The position numbers and the translations under genes were made by a program. A model generated the notes under the pieces. That model did not search any database. It was not told where the DNA came from and saw nothing but the letters and a program-made list of their open reading frames with translations. This document shows positions 21,243-30,894 of a DNA stretch of 64,000 nucleotides, one piece after another (positions within the stretch are counted from its first letter, which is position 1; every line of letters starts with the position of its first letter). The stretch lies in IMG/VR virus record IMGVR_UViG_3300000970_000007, positions 25,311 to 89,310 of that record; one strand, given 5' to 3'. This DNA is from a virus.

Positions 21243-24200
21243 ATGAAACAAGTAACACAATATTTATATGGAAACGAGGCTAACAGACCTCCTAAAGCAC
21301 GACCTGGAACTGTTTATTTCAGTGAAGATACAGGACTGATGTTTATTTACGGAGCCACTGGTACTCCTACTGAAAGAGGCGATCAAAACACTAATTTAAA
21401 TATTATAGATAACCTTACTACAGGAGGGGTAGGTGTCAGTTTATCTGCCGAGCAAGGGGTAGTTTTAAAAAATCTATTCGATTCAATAAATATAAATTCA
21501 AAATTAGAAGATTCTGATATTAATACACTTTCTAAAATAAATAGTATTTTAACAGATGCTACTTTATTAGATAAATCACAAACAAATTTATCAGGATTAG
21601 GTTTTGTTATTGATGAAGATAATATGAGTTCTAATTCAGATAGTAAGTTACCTACGCAACAATCTGTAAAAGCATATGTAGATAGTATTATAGCAGGGTT
21701 AACTGCACTAGAGTCAGAAGATATAGATACTTTTGTAGAAATAAATACAATATTAGGAGACGCTACTTTAATTAGAGCTGAAGATGCAGACACTAGCTCT
21801 TTTCAATTTGTAGTAGATGAAGATGATTTTAGCAGTAATTCTTCAAGTAAAGTTCCTACACAACAAAGTGTTAAAGCTTATGTTGACAATATAAGTCTTT
21901 ATAAAGGATTAATACCGTCTGGAAATTATGACTTCACAGTATTTCCACCATCAGTAACAGGTAATGTTTACATAGATTCAGCACCAACTGATATAAAAGC
22001 AGGTACTCAATTTATTGCAGAAGGAGATGGTTCTTTTACTTTAGATCCTAGTGCAAATCCTTTTTTAGTTTACGAATTTACAAAAGGTGATTTAATTACA
22101 GTCATAGAAGATGCTGCGAATTGGTCAGTAACTAAGTTGAATATAAACGAAAATAATAAGGTAAAAGAAGTAAATTCTTTTACTGCTAATGTTAATATTA
22201 TTCCCCTTTCAAGTGACGTTGCAAGAAAATTTATTACAGTATCTAATTCTAGTCAAAATGGGTTTGGTATATCTACTTATAAATTTCATTTATCTGATGA
22301 CCCAAATACAGTAGGGACTCTTCAAGGCACAGTTATTCAATTAGAACAAGGTATTGCAAAAGATTTTTATTTAGTTGGTCCTAGTACAGCAGGTCTACCT
22401 AATGATGGTGACATAGAGAACAACGGTACAGTTTTTGGAGTACATTTTACAGCTACTTGGAATGGTGGAACAGATATAACTTACACTGAAATTGAAGTTG
22501 TAAGGCATCACCCAGGTCCAGGAGATTATGAAACAAGAACTTATAATAGCGTCGTTGCTAATCAAACAGTTGCTTTAAATTTTTTAGAGAAAAATTATGA
22601 GTTACTTTTCGATGGTATTTCTTTTACTGCAATACAATCAGACAATTTACGAATATCAAAATTAGAATGTTATTCAATTTACGCAGAAGAATTTATAGCA
22701 GGATCAACAAATAATGGGGGTGGAGGAATTGGACAAAACTTTTTAGAAGTTACTACGTTCACTGTACCTGAAGATGGAAATTACGATTTAGTTCATACAG
22801 TTTCTTCTAATAACTCTGGAAGTAATGCATTCACTATTTCAACAGGTCAACCAACAGCACCAAATACAGCAACAGGAATTATATACAGTTCTGCTGGAGA
22901 CAGAGTTACTTCAGCTAATCCAAGCAAGACATATACAACAGCTTTAATTTCTGGTACAACTTATTATCTTTCTGTATGGTCAGGTGGTGGAAGTAATGCA
23001 GATGAACATACTGTTTTTGTCTCATCTTCTTTAGGAGAAATAAAAGTATTTACTAATGAAGATGGGACAAAATATGCATTCGATTCATTAAACAATGAAA
23101 TAGATATTATAGGAGGTATACCAACAACATGGTTACCATGTTCAGATGACCAAGGAACAGTAGTAAGTGCAACTGAAGCATTAATTACAACTAATGGAGT
23201 TAATATTGCAATAGGGGATAAGTATATTTTATTTTCAGATGGAACTACATATACACATCAAGAAATAAATGACCCATGTGCAATTAATGAATATATTCAC
23301 AATATAAAAGATTTTCATTTAGCAATAGCTCATGAAGGAGATGGAGGCACATCCATGAATATTACTTTTAATGGTGTACCTGTTACTTACAATAATCTAT
23401 TAAATGCTACAGACAGTGGTACAGGTCAAGTTAATTTCAGTAGTGGCACAAATGGTAATTTTAATAGACGTGCTACTACAGTACAATCTCTAAGAAAAGT
23501 GGGAGATTACTTTGAAATTACAAAGCCAGCAACACCTCAATTTGATAGTGAATGGATTGAAATCACAACAACGCCTGAGACTTCTCAACCAGAAGTGTTT
23601 AGTAATTTATATCGTCTACAATTCACTGATTCAGAATTTAATCTTAGAGATAAAGATAATCAGTTAGTAAATTCATCAACACCTGAAAATGGAATTTATA
23701 GGATTACTCGAACTCTTAGTGGGATTGAAACACAAAAAAACGGAGTCGTAGTGTATGAATCACCAGTAGTTTGTAATGACTATAGTAGTACATTTATATC
23801 AAAGACATTACATTTTGGTAGAATGTCTAATAATGGAAGTACAACTAGTGCATTAGACATTACAACTTCTCCAGTAGCAAGGACATTTGTTGATTACGTT
23901 GGAGAAGGTATTACTGCTGATCCAGCAACTGCTACTTATACGATAGTAAATGACGGAGCTTATGATTTTAGTTATTTTCAATCTTATGAAGATAGAAATG
24001 ATGATTTAGCTTTTGAGCTATGGATTGATGGTTCGTCAGTAGAGAGATTGGTAATGCAAGTTCAATCAGGAGGGCTTAATTTTCAAGGGGATTTTGCTAG
24101 AGTAAATTTAACTTCAGGACAAACCGCACAAATCAGAGTTTTAAGCATAAATGGAACTGCTGAAAACATAGGAGACCAAAACAGAAATGGGATTGTAGAA

Positions 24201-24539
24201 TATTTCGATGTTAGACAATCTCCAAGTTCAACAATAATAAATGCTAATGATATATTAGTAAACGATCAATCTGTTTCTGGTTATATGGATATAGGTAATA
24301 TGCGTATGCAGTGGGGTATAGCTAACGGAGGGAGTGACACTCTAATTACATTACCAGCACCGTTTGCAAATACTGACTATTCAATTACAGCAAATGCCAA
24401 AAATACTAATCAGTCTATTAATATAACTATAGATGCAGGGATAACAACTACATCTTTTGTAGCTGACAGAAGAGTTAGTACAACAAGTACTATCGCAATA
24501 GGTGATTTTTCTTGGCAAGCAATAGGTTTAAAACCATAA
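21243..24539 (+). CDS. long tail fibre / receptor-binding protein
   Basis: 1098 aa; IIDNLT...LSAEQGVVLK fibre motif, duplicated DEDxxSSNS..K.PTQQSVKAYVD module, and C-terminal gp53-like tip (GYMDIGNMRMQWG...ITLPAPF...FSWQAIG). Confidence 0.8.
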   Translation: MKQVTQYLYGNEANRPPKARPGTVYFSEDTGLMFIYGATGTPTERGDQNTNLNIIDNLTTGGVGVSLSAEQGVVLKNLFDSININSKLEDSDINTLSKINSILTDATLLDKSQTNLSGLGFVIDEDNMSSNSDSKLPTQQSVKAYVDSIIAGLTALESEDIDTFVEINTILGDATLIRAEDADTSSFQFVVDEDDFSSNSSSKVPTQQSVKAYVDNISLYKGLIPSGNYDFTVFPPSVTGNVYIDSAPTDIKAGTQFIAEGDGSFTLDPSANPFLVYEFTKGDLITVIEDAANWSVTKLNINENNKVKEVNSFTANVNIIPLSSDVARKFITVSNSSQNGFGISTYKFHLSDDPNTVGTLQGTVIQLEQGIAKDFYLVGPSTAGLPNDGDIENNGTVFGVHFTATWNGGTDITYTEIEVVRHHPGPGDYETRTYNSVVANQTVALNFLEKNYELLFDGISFTAIQSDNLRISKLECYSIYAEEFIAGSTNNGGGGIGQNFLEVTTFTVPEDGNYDLVHTVSSNNSGSNAFTISTGQPTAPNTATGIIYSSAGDRVTSANPSKTYTTALISGTTYYLSVWSGGGSNADEHTVFVSSSLGEIKVFTNEDGTKYAFDSLNNEIDIIGGIPTTWLPCSDDQGTVVSATEALITTNGVNIAIGDKYILFSDGTTYTHQEINDPCAINEYIHNIKDFHLAIAHEGDGGTSMNITFNGVPVTYNNLLNATDSGTGQVNFSSGTNGNFNRRATTVQSLRKVGDYFEITKPATPQFDSEWIEITTTPETSQPEVFSNLYRLQFTDSEFNLRDKDNQLVNSSTPENGIYRITRTLSGIETQKNGVVVYESPVVCNDYSSTFISKTLHFGRMSNNGSTTSALDITTSPVARTFVDYVGEGITADPATATYTIVNDGAYDFSYFQSYEDRNDDLAFELWIDGSSVERLVMQVQSGGLNFQGDFARVNLTSGQTAQIRVLSINGTAENIGDQNRNGIVEYFDVRQSPSSTIINANDILVNDQSVSGYMDIGNMRMQWGIANGGSDTLITLPAPFANTDYSITANAKNTNQSINITIDAGITTTSFVADRRVSTTSTIAIGDFSWQAIGLKP
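21507..21888 (+). repeat. tandem duplication of a 68-aa fibre module
   Basis: PTQQSVKAYVD copies start at 21651 and 21855 (204 nt apart). Confidence 0.85.
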
Positions 24540-24548
24540 ATAAAATAA

Positions 24549-24576
24549 CAGAGAGTTTGAAAGATAACTCTTTTAT
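24549..24576 (+). terminator. possible weak terminator after the tail fibre gene
   Basis: GAGAGTT / AACTCTT stem followed by T residues. Confidence 0.4.
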
Positions 24577-24587
24577 AAACTAAAATT

Positions 24588-25445
24588 ATGAAAAAAGGTA
24601 TAGTTATATCTGGAGGAGGAAGTAAAGGTGCATTTGCAGCAGGTGTATTAGAAGTTATAGAAAATGATTTTGATATATATGGTGGAAGCAGTACTGGTTC
24701 TTTATTAGTCGCTTTATTAGCAGCAGGTAAGGTAGATTTAGCTGTTAAACTATATACAGTATTATTAAAAGTAGAAAAAATTTATAAAGATAATCCTTAT
24801 AATAAAGAAAATAAAATAAAGATATTAAGGGTAATTCGTAGATTTTTTTTTACAAATACTAATTCTTTGGGTAGTACTAGACCTTTATTAGATTTAATTA
24901 GAGAAAGTTATACAGAAAAAGATCACAGAAGAGTATTGAATAGAGGTAAAGAAATAATCGTAACTGTTACAGATATGAGCACCCCTCGATGTATCTATAT
25001 ATCTAATAAAAAATACGATTGGGAACAATTTACTGAGTACTTATGGATTAGTACATTAGCTTTTCCTATTACTGAGTATTTTGTAAAAGATGGTATTACC
25101 TATGCTGATGGTGGACACACTGTACCTATACCTTTAAAAGAAATGTCTCAAAGATGCGATGACTTAACAGCTATATTTTTAAATCCTAAAAAATTATATA
25201 AAAAGTTTAATCCTAAAAATATTTTATCAGGGTTTTTAGATACGTTTTTAATGAAAATGAGGTATGATACTATTCAACAAGTTGAAGCAATGCAAGAAGT
25301 AATTAATATTAAGAAAGCATGGAATATACCTTTTAAGTTAACTTCTTATTATCCTGAAGAATTTTTAACAGAAAATGAAATGAATTTTAATAAAGAAGAA
25401 ATGATTAAATTTAAAGAATTAGGAAATAAAGCTAAACCATCATGA
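24588..25445 (+). CDS. patatin-like phospholipase
   Basis: All three patatin motifs are present: SGGGSKG oxyanion loop, GSSTG nucleophile elbow, DGG catalytic Asp. Confidence 0.9.
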   Translation: MKKGIVISGGGSKGAFAAGVLEVIENDFDIYGGSSTGSLLVALLAAGKVDLAVKLYTVLLKVEKIYKDNPYNKENKIKILRVIRRFFFTNTNSLGSTRPLLDLIRESYTEKDHRRVLNRGKEIIVTVTDMSTPRCIYISNKKYDWEQFTEYLWISTLAFPITEYFVKDGITYADGGHTVPIPLKEMSQRCDDLTAIFLNPKKLYKKFNPKNILSGFLDTFLMKMRYDTIQQVEAMQEVINIKKAWNIPFKLTSYYPEEFLTENEMNFNKEEMIKFKELGNKAKPS

Positions 25446-26023
25446 AAACAAACGTAAAATCATATACAGACGAAGAGTTATTAACTAAAGCTGCTCAATT
25501 AGATTCTTTTGAAGGTTTTCCAACTGACTACTGGATATTAGGAGTACAGTCTAATGAAGACTCTTATAATAAACCAGACGATAAATTTTATATATTTAAA
25601 GGTATTAAATTCATAATGGTTACTAGCGGTACTACTAACAGCGGTGCTTATGGAATCAAAAACTTTTTTAAATGGAATAGAAAAGGAGTTTTTGTAGCTA
25701 AAACAAACGAATGGTATCAAGACTTATGGGCTAATGGTAAACATAAAAGAAAAATGAAAGCCTTAGTACAAGTAAATGATATATTAGGTTATAGAGATGG
25801 AAATAAAAACGAAAAAATAGAAGAGATTGGAGAAGTTATAAAAGGTAAGTTTGGTATTAATTTTCATGGAATGTCTTACAAAACTAAGTCATTTATTAAA
25901 TGGTTAATAGGAGGGTGGTCAGTAGGTTGTCAAGTTTGTAATATTGGAAAAGATTACTATAAAATATTAGATTTAGTAAAGAATCAAAAAAGAATTACTT
26001 ACTGCTTATTGAAAGAGTTTTAA
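25442..26023 (+). CDS. putative endolysin, L,D-transpeptidase (YkuD)-like catalytic domain
   Basis: 193 aa; GINFH...IGGWSVGCQV gives the H...S-x-G-C catalytic signature; lies near the holin gene. Confidence 0.6.
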   Translation: MKTNVKSYTDEELLTKAAQLDSFEGFPTDYWILGVQSNEDSYNKPDDKFYIFKGIKFIMVTSGTTNSGAYGIKNFFKWNRKGVFVAKTNEWYQDLWANGKHKRKMKALVQVNDILGYRDGNKNEKIEEIGEVIKGKFGINFHGMSYKTKSFIKWLIGGWSVGCQVCNIGKDYYKILDLVKNQKRITYCLLKEF

Positions 26024-26076
26024 TATTTTTAATATATTTTAATATTAAGTAAAATATATTTACTTTTACAAGAATA

Positions 26077-26613
26077 ATGGCTAAGATAAGACTAGATTTT
26101 GATATAATTAATACAGGTAATCCTTATTATTTAAGTTTATACGATACTTCTAATTGGGGTGTTATAAAAGATAAAGTTGCTATTATAGAAATAGTAAGAC
26201 CTGGAGAAGATAATCCTTTAATTTTTACTTTCGAAAAAAACAAATTAAATATTTTTAATTCTAATTTATTAGAGGAAGTTTGTTTAGAAGAAGGTTGTGA
26301 TGTACCAGATTTAGTAATGTTATCAGATGGTTTATATTCTATCACACTAAAAGGATCTCCAGATAAGTTTTTTAAATGCAAGTTGTACCTAAAAACAGAT
26401 AGTTTTGAGTTAGAGTTGTCTAAACTTTTTATAAAATATTTCTCAGACTGTAAAGCAGATATGAAAATATTAGAAAAGATAACAGAAATAAAGTATTTAA
26501 TACAAGGAGCTAAATCAGCAGTAAGATTTTCCAACATTACGTTAGCTAATTCTTTGTGGGAAAAGGCAACAAATAAATTAGATGATTTAAAGGACTGTAT
26601 AGAATCAAATTAA
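26077..26613 (+). CDS. putative virion (tail ring or hub) protein
   Basis: 178 aa ORF at the start of the Cys-rich tail cluster. Confidence 0.5.
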   Translation: MAKIRLDFDIINTGNPYYLSLYDTSNWGVIKDKVAIIEIVRPGEDNPLIFTFEKNKLNIFNSNLLEEVCLEEGCDVPDLVMLSDGLYSITLKGSPDKFFKCKLYLKTDSFELELSKLFIKYFSDCKADMKILEKITEIKYLIQGAKSAVRFSNITLANSLWEKATNKLDDLKDCIESN

Positions 26614-26876
26614 TGAGTGTTCAAAGTATAATATCAAATAATAACTATTCCTTAGTTAATTTATTAGATGAGAGTATAATAAAAGATTCTTCTAAATTAA
26701 TTAAAAAATTAAGATTTGAAATAGGGAAAGGTATAACTAAAGAAAAACAATTTAACACGTTGTTTTTAAGGCAGATTTTATGTGAAGGAGTTTGTGGTCT
26801 AAATAAAGAAGATTTCAGAAGTTTGATAGATAAAGTACAAGGAGAGAATATTTTAAACACAGAAGATTATTTATAA
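26613..26876 (+). CDS. hypothetical protein
   Basis: 87 aa ORF, coupled to the upstream gene. Confidence 0.6.
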   Translation: MSVQSIISNNNYSLVNLLDESIIKDSSKLIKKLRFEIGKGITKEKQFNTLFLRQILCEGVCGLNKEDFRSLIDKVQGENILNTEDYL

Positions 26877-26877
26877 T

Positions 26878-27822
26878 ATGAGAAATTGTTCCGATAAAGT
26901 AACAACTATATGTTCCAAGAAAGTTAATGCTAAATGTGTTAAGTACACAGGTTTAATATCTGAAAAAAGTTCTTTACCTATAGATAGTTGTAATACAAGT
27001 TTTGAGTCTTTTGAAGATATATATACTCAATTAAATGAGTTATTTTCAAATTTGAATTTTGAAAATTTAGGAAACTTATGTTTACAGTATGAAGGTGAAA
27101 ACACTAGTGAACATTTATCAAATATTTTACTAAAGTTTGAAGAGTCTATCTGTGAATTAAAAGAGATTGTATCTAAAAAAGGATTAGACTTATCTGCATT
27201 AGATACCAAATGTTTAAAAGATGCTTGTGACACATCTCCTACTGAATTATTAGATGTTTTACAACTATTAATAGACAGAAGTTGTGAAGACACTTCTACA
27301 AATGATATTTGTGAATGTTGTCCTAAGAATGTAATGTATTATGAGAATGAAGGGACACCTTCTTCTTTTGCAATAACTGATGCAGCTGTGGAATTTATAT
27401 CAGATTTTGCAAGTATACAAGGTTTAAATCCTTTAGAATTTATAGCTACAGAACCAGGTAGATATAAAGTTAGATGGACAGGAGAATTAAAAGTTAACGA
27501 TGCTAATATTTCTACAATTAATTTTAATTTTCCTTCCATAGTAACAATAAACTCTTATAAAGGGGTTGGGACACAAGTGAATAATTTTACAAACTCATCT
27601 TTAATAGAAAATGCAGGAAGTAGAAAGAATGTGATGCATACTTATAACATCTCTAGCAATTCTTACAGAAATATAGATGATTTCGGATTTGAGTTTACGT
27701 TTGAAGTTTTACTTGAACAAGGAGAGAGTGTCGCTGTTTGCGCCCAAGAAGGTAGTAATGTACACTATATAGGTAAGAACTTATTTTCAGTAGATAAGAT
27801 TTGTAATCCAATAGTAACTTAA
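26878..27822 (+). CDS. Cys-rich virion protein
   Basis: 314 aa; N-terminal C..KCVKYTG module, CECC linker, C-terminal beta domain. Confidence 0.6.
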   Translation: MRNCSDKVTTICSKKVNAKCVKYTGLISEKSSLPIDSCNTSFESFEDIYTQLNELFSNLNFENLGNLCLQYEGENTSEHLSNILLKFEESICELKEIVSKKGLDLSALDTKCLKDACDTSPTELLDVLQLLIDRSCEDTSTNDICECCPKNVMYYENEGTPSSFAITDAAVEFISDFASIQGLNPLEFIATEPGRYKVRWTGELKVNDANISTINFNFPSIVTINSYKGVGTQVNNFTNSSLIENAGSRKNVMHTYNISSNSYRNIDDFGFEFTFEVLLEQGESVAVCAQEGSNVHYIGKNLFSVDKICNPIVT

Positions 27823-27828
27823 TTTAAA

Positions 27829-28197
27829 ATGAGAGATTGTAATCAAGAAAATATACCAGTAACAGATAACACCTCTGTTGAGTGTGAGGAGTTAATAAGT
27901 ACTAAATGCCTGATACACGAAGATGCATTACCTTTATTAAGTTTACCAAGTGGTTCAACAGCTAAGGATGTAGTAAATAAAATAAATAGTATATTAACTA
28001 CTTTTAGCTTAAGACAAGTTGTGAATTTAGAATTTGATAATGAAATAACTTTAACAGTGAACCACAATAGAGGTTACTACCCTATTATACAGTTTAAAAC
28101 TTTACAAGACAACGAGTGGTCAGTATCTCACTCTTCTAAAAATTCATTTGTTGTAACTTTTATAGCAGGTTCGACAGATACTTTAATATATATTTAA
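27829..28197 (+). CDS. Cys-containing virion protein
   Basis: 122 aa; N-terminal CEELISTKCLIHED module. Confidence 0.55.
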   Translation: MRDCNQENIPVTDNTSVECEELISTKCLIHEDALPLLSLPSGSTAKDVVNKINSILTTFSLRQVVNLEFDNEITLTVNHNRGYYPIIQFKTLQDNEWSVSHSSKNSFVVTFIAGSTDTLIYI

Positions 28198-28199
28198 AA

Positions 28200-29032
28200 A
28201 TGAGTAATTATTCAGGATGTAATGATTGTAACAGTTGTAATAACTGTAATAAGTGTAATACTACTTGTGGCTGTAAAATACAATTATCAGCTAATTGTGT
28301 GAAATACGAAGGTGAAGATACCTTATGCACTAATATCAAAAAAGGAGATAGATTAGAAGCAATTTTACCTAAGCTAGACTTCGCTTTTTGTCAATTACAG
28401 GCTAGTGTCTCTAATACAAGTGCAGGTCAAGACGGAGCTGACGGAGCTGACGGAACCCTTCTAATGTTGATAATTTATTATTTACATATGATGATGATGT
28501 ACAGATTTCTACTCCTTACCCTTATAGACCTAATATAATACTGAATAAGTTTTCAGACCCCTTAGCTCCAAAATGGCAAGGAGTTGATTTATTGCAAGTA
28601 ACTGTAGACAGTAGTATAATCCCTGCTAACACTCTCGAAAATATAGGAGATTATATTAGGATTACTTATACTATCAGAACAGATATAACTGACGGACCTG
28701 TACCTAATGGTACTATATTACACGGTGCTTTTATAGGAAGTGAATCTATTTCTCGTGGAACTTCTACAACACCTTACGAATATGCACAACACACTATAGA
28801 AATGTCATACAAAGGTTTAAATTCTGTATTTGTAAGCTCTTCTAGTTATGCAATACAAAACGTAACAGGTAATAATATTGCTCCTACTAATGCATTAGTA
28901 AACCCCAATGTAACATTTAACCCAGGCGTTGATAATACTTTAGATTTTAGTGTAACTTACGCACTGTTCTCTCCCGAATTAGATGGAGAGGTGTATTTAG
29001 AAAATTTAAAAATAGAAAAACTTAGAATATAA
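28200..29032 (+). CDS. Cys-rich, collagen-linker virion protein interrupted by a -1 frameshift near 28452-28460
   Basis: Frame of 28200 turns into implausible sequence after GQDGADGADG. The -1 frame is open from 28451 (NPSNVDNLLFTYDDDVQ...) straight into ORF 28592-29032. Confidence 0.7.
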
Positions 29033-29847
29033 TGGCATTAGGAGATTTTAAAGTAGGAAACGGATTAAATAGAACAGAAACTACCAAAGTTATAGATTTA
29101 GCACAAGGAGGTTTATCTCCTTTAGTAGTAGAACCCGTACCTTTGGAAAATGGAGATATACCAGAGTTAGAATTATCTCAAGATTTTTTGGTTACTGTAA
29201 ATCAAACTCCTATTGAAGGGCAGACTTTAACTTACATTAATAAAGTTAAAATGAAAGGAGCGGATATGAATTTTTTAGGTACTATTATACCAGAAAAGTT
29301 CTTATCGAATGACCTAGAAATAAAAGCTACATACACCAAAGGAGAATGGTTGGTTAAAGCTAATGTCGATAGTTTAGTGCCTGTTAATACAAAATTAGAT
29401 ACTAGCGTAAAAGAAGAATCAGTCTCTTCAAAAGATTCATCAAAAGAAACATTATTTTCAAGGATTTTAAAAACTAGTACTTTGCTAAGAACTGGAGATG
29501 AAATAGAAATAATACTGTTTGGTAACTTTAAACCAAATGGGAGTAATTCTACTTTAGACCTTGAAATTTACGATTCGGAAGGAAGGTCTAGTACTCTATT
29601 TTCTTTTGAAAACCCTATATTAATAGAGGGAAATTACATTATAAGGAGTATGATAGAGAAGAAAGAAAATAATGACTTTAAAATCACAAGTACTTTTATG
29701 TCTAATAATAACATAGTAAGGGTATATACAAATGATATAAACATTGATACTACAAAAAATGTTTCAATAGGTTTGGAGTTAGATCAAGATGGTACACCTT
29801 CTCCAGGAGATGTAACTGTTGAAAATTTTAAATTATTAAATATATAA
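29032..29847 (+). CDS. putative virion protein
   Basis: 271 aa beta-rich ORF, last gene before a terminator. Confidence 0.6.
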   Translation: MALGDFKVGNGLNRTETTKVIDLAQGGLSPLVVEPVPLENGDIPELELSQDFLVTVNQTPIEGQTLTYINKVKMKGADMNFLGTIIPEKFLSNDLEIKATYTKGEWLVKANVDSLVPVNTKLDTSVKEESVSSKDSSKETLFSRILKTSTLLRTGDEIEIILFGNFKPNGSNSTLDLEIYDSEGRSSTLFSFENPILIEGNYIIRSMIEKKENNDFKITSTFMSNNNIVRVYTNDINIDTTKNVSIGLELDQDGTPSPGDVTVENFKLLNI

Positions 29848-29874
29848 AAGAGGTTTGTTGGTTTTTACTCTTTT

Positions 29875-29898
29875 ACCCCCTACATCAAGGGGGTTTTT
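29875..29898 (+). terminator. rho-independent terminator
   Basis: ACCCCCT / AGGGGGT stem, 6-nt loop, T-run; preceded by a second AAAAGAG / CTCTTTT hairpin. Confidence 0.75.
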
Positions 29899-29957
29899 CG
29901 TGTAAAATAATATTTTATTTTTTATAGAAATTATCTTTAAAATATTATATTAGCAGT

Positions 29958-30218
29958 GTGTTAGAAGCAACTACTACATATAAAAACTACCCCTTAACTG
30001 GTACTCTTAAGTTTAGAGAGTCAGAAGGGTACTATATATTTTTAGCCTATGAACTCAGTGGAGCTCTAAATAAAAAGTTAAAAATAAGCACCAACCATGT
30101 TTTGACTTTCTTACAAGAAAAAGAAACAGAGTTAGCTAATAAAGAGGAGTATGAATTAGCACATATAATGAAAAACCTTAAAGAACAAATAATAAATAAA
30201 TTAGATGATTACAAATAA
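29958..30218 (+). CDS. hypothetical protein (GTG start)
   Basis: 86 aa; the start lies 4 nt after a TATATTAG box. Confidence 0.5.
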   Translation: MLEATTTYKNYPLTGTLKFRESEGYYIFLAYELSGALNKKLKISTNHVLTFLQEKETELANKEEYELAHIMKNLKEQIINKLDDYK

Positions 30219-30894
30219 AGATTTTGTATCCAGGGTGGTTAATAGTATAAAAGCTTTGACAAAAGATGGTAGAATTAGTAAACGTTATATACTAAATATA
30301 GGAAAAACTAAAGCTAAATTTTTTATAGCTCAGAAACTCGGCGATTTAAGTCTTAGTAGAGAAACTAGTTTAATTAAAACAATTCCTTGTGTACCATTGA
30401 TCCCTATAAATATAAAGGACTGTTCTATAGTTGAGTTTAAGACATGTAAAAACTTAATGAGAACTAGAAACAAAATAGAAGATTTGGTTACTTCTAAAAT
30501 GAGTTCGGGTATAGTTTCTGTTCTAAGTATAGACGAAGGTATAGAGTATAAGGAGGTTACATCTAGTCAGTATAGGAGAAATAAAAAAAGAAAAACAACC
30601 ACTAAACATCATTATTTTTATTTTAAAGATGGTTATATATATTTACCAGACTCTCAAAATGAACTGATAGATATAGATATGATTAGTGTAAATGAAGATT
30701 CAAATAAGAATTTGTCAACTTGTTTAGAAAAAAATTGTAATTCAACATGGGATTCAGATTTTGTTTTACCAGACCGACTATTAGATGTTGTTATAAAAGA
30801 TACTATACAAGAAGTTGCTTCAATATATAGAACTTCTATTAAAGATGAAAATCCTAACTTAGATTCTAATATTAAATCTCAAACTATAAATTGA
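30205..30894 (+). CDS. putative tail ring / tubular protein
   Basis: 229 aa; size and context upstream of the IHF-like, tubular and muzzle genes. Confidence 0.55.
   Translation: MITNKDFVSRVVNSIKALTKDGRISKRYILNIGKTKAKFFIAQKLGDLSLSRETSLIKTIPCVPLIPINIKDCSIVEFKTCKNLMRTRNKIEDLVTSKMSSGIVSVLSIDEGIEYKEVTSSQYRRNKKRKTTTKHHYFYFKDGYIYLPDSQNELIDIDMISVNEDSNKNLSTCLEKNCNSTWDSDFVLPDRLLDVVIKDTIQEVASIYRTSIKDENPNLDSNIKSQTIN

Noticed and set aside
24588-25445. Patatin as a CBASS CapV defence effector
   Set aside because: There is no adjacent nucleotidyltransferase or other CBASS gene; it is coupled to a lysin-like gene instead.
26031-26060. AT-only inverted repeat AATATATTTT / AAAATATATT
   Set aside because: Low-complexity AT sequence, expected by chance at this composition.
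28455-28538. Hydrophobic C-terminal tail of the 112 aa ORF as a transmembrane anchor
   Set aside because: It is better explained as out-of-frame translation past the frameshift point.
28592-29032. Independent TTG-start gene
   Set aside because: The frame is open 47 codons further upstream, to 28451, and joins the 28200 gene by a -1 shift; treated as one frameshifted gene.
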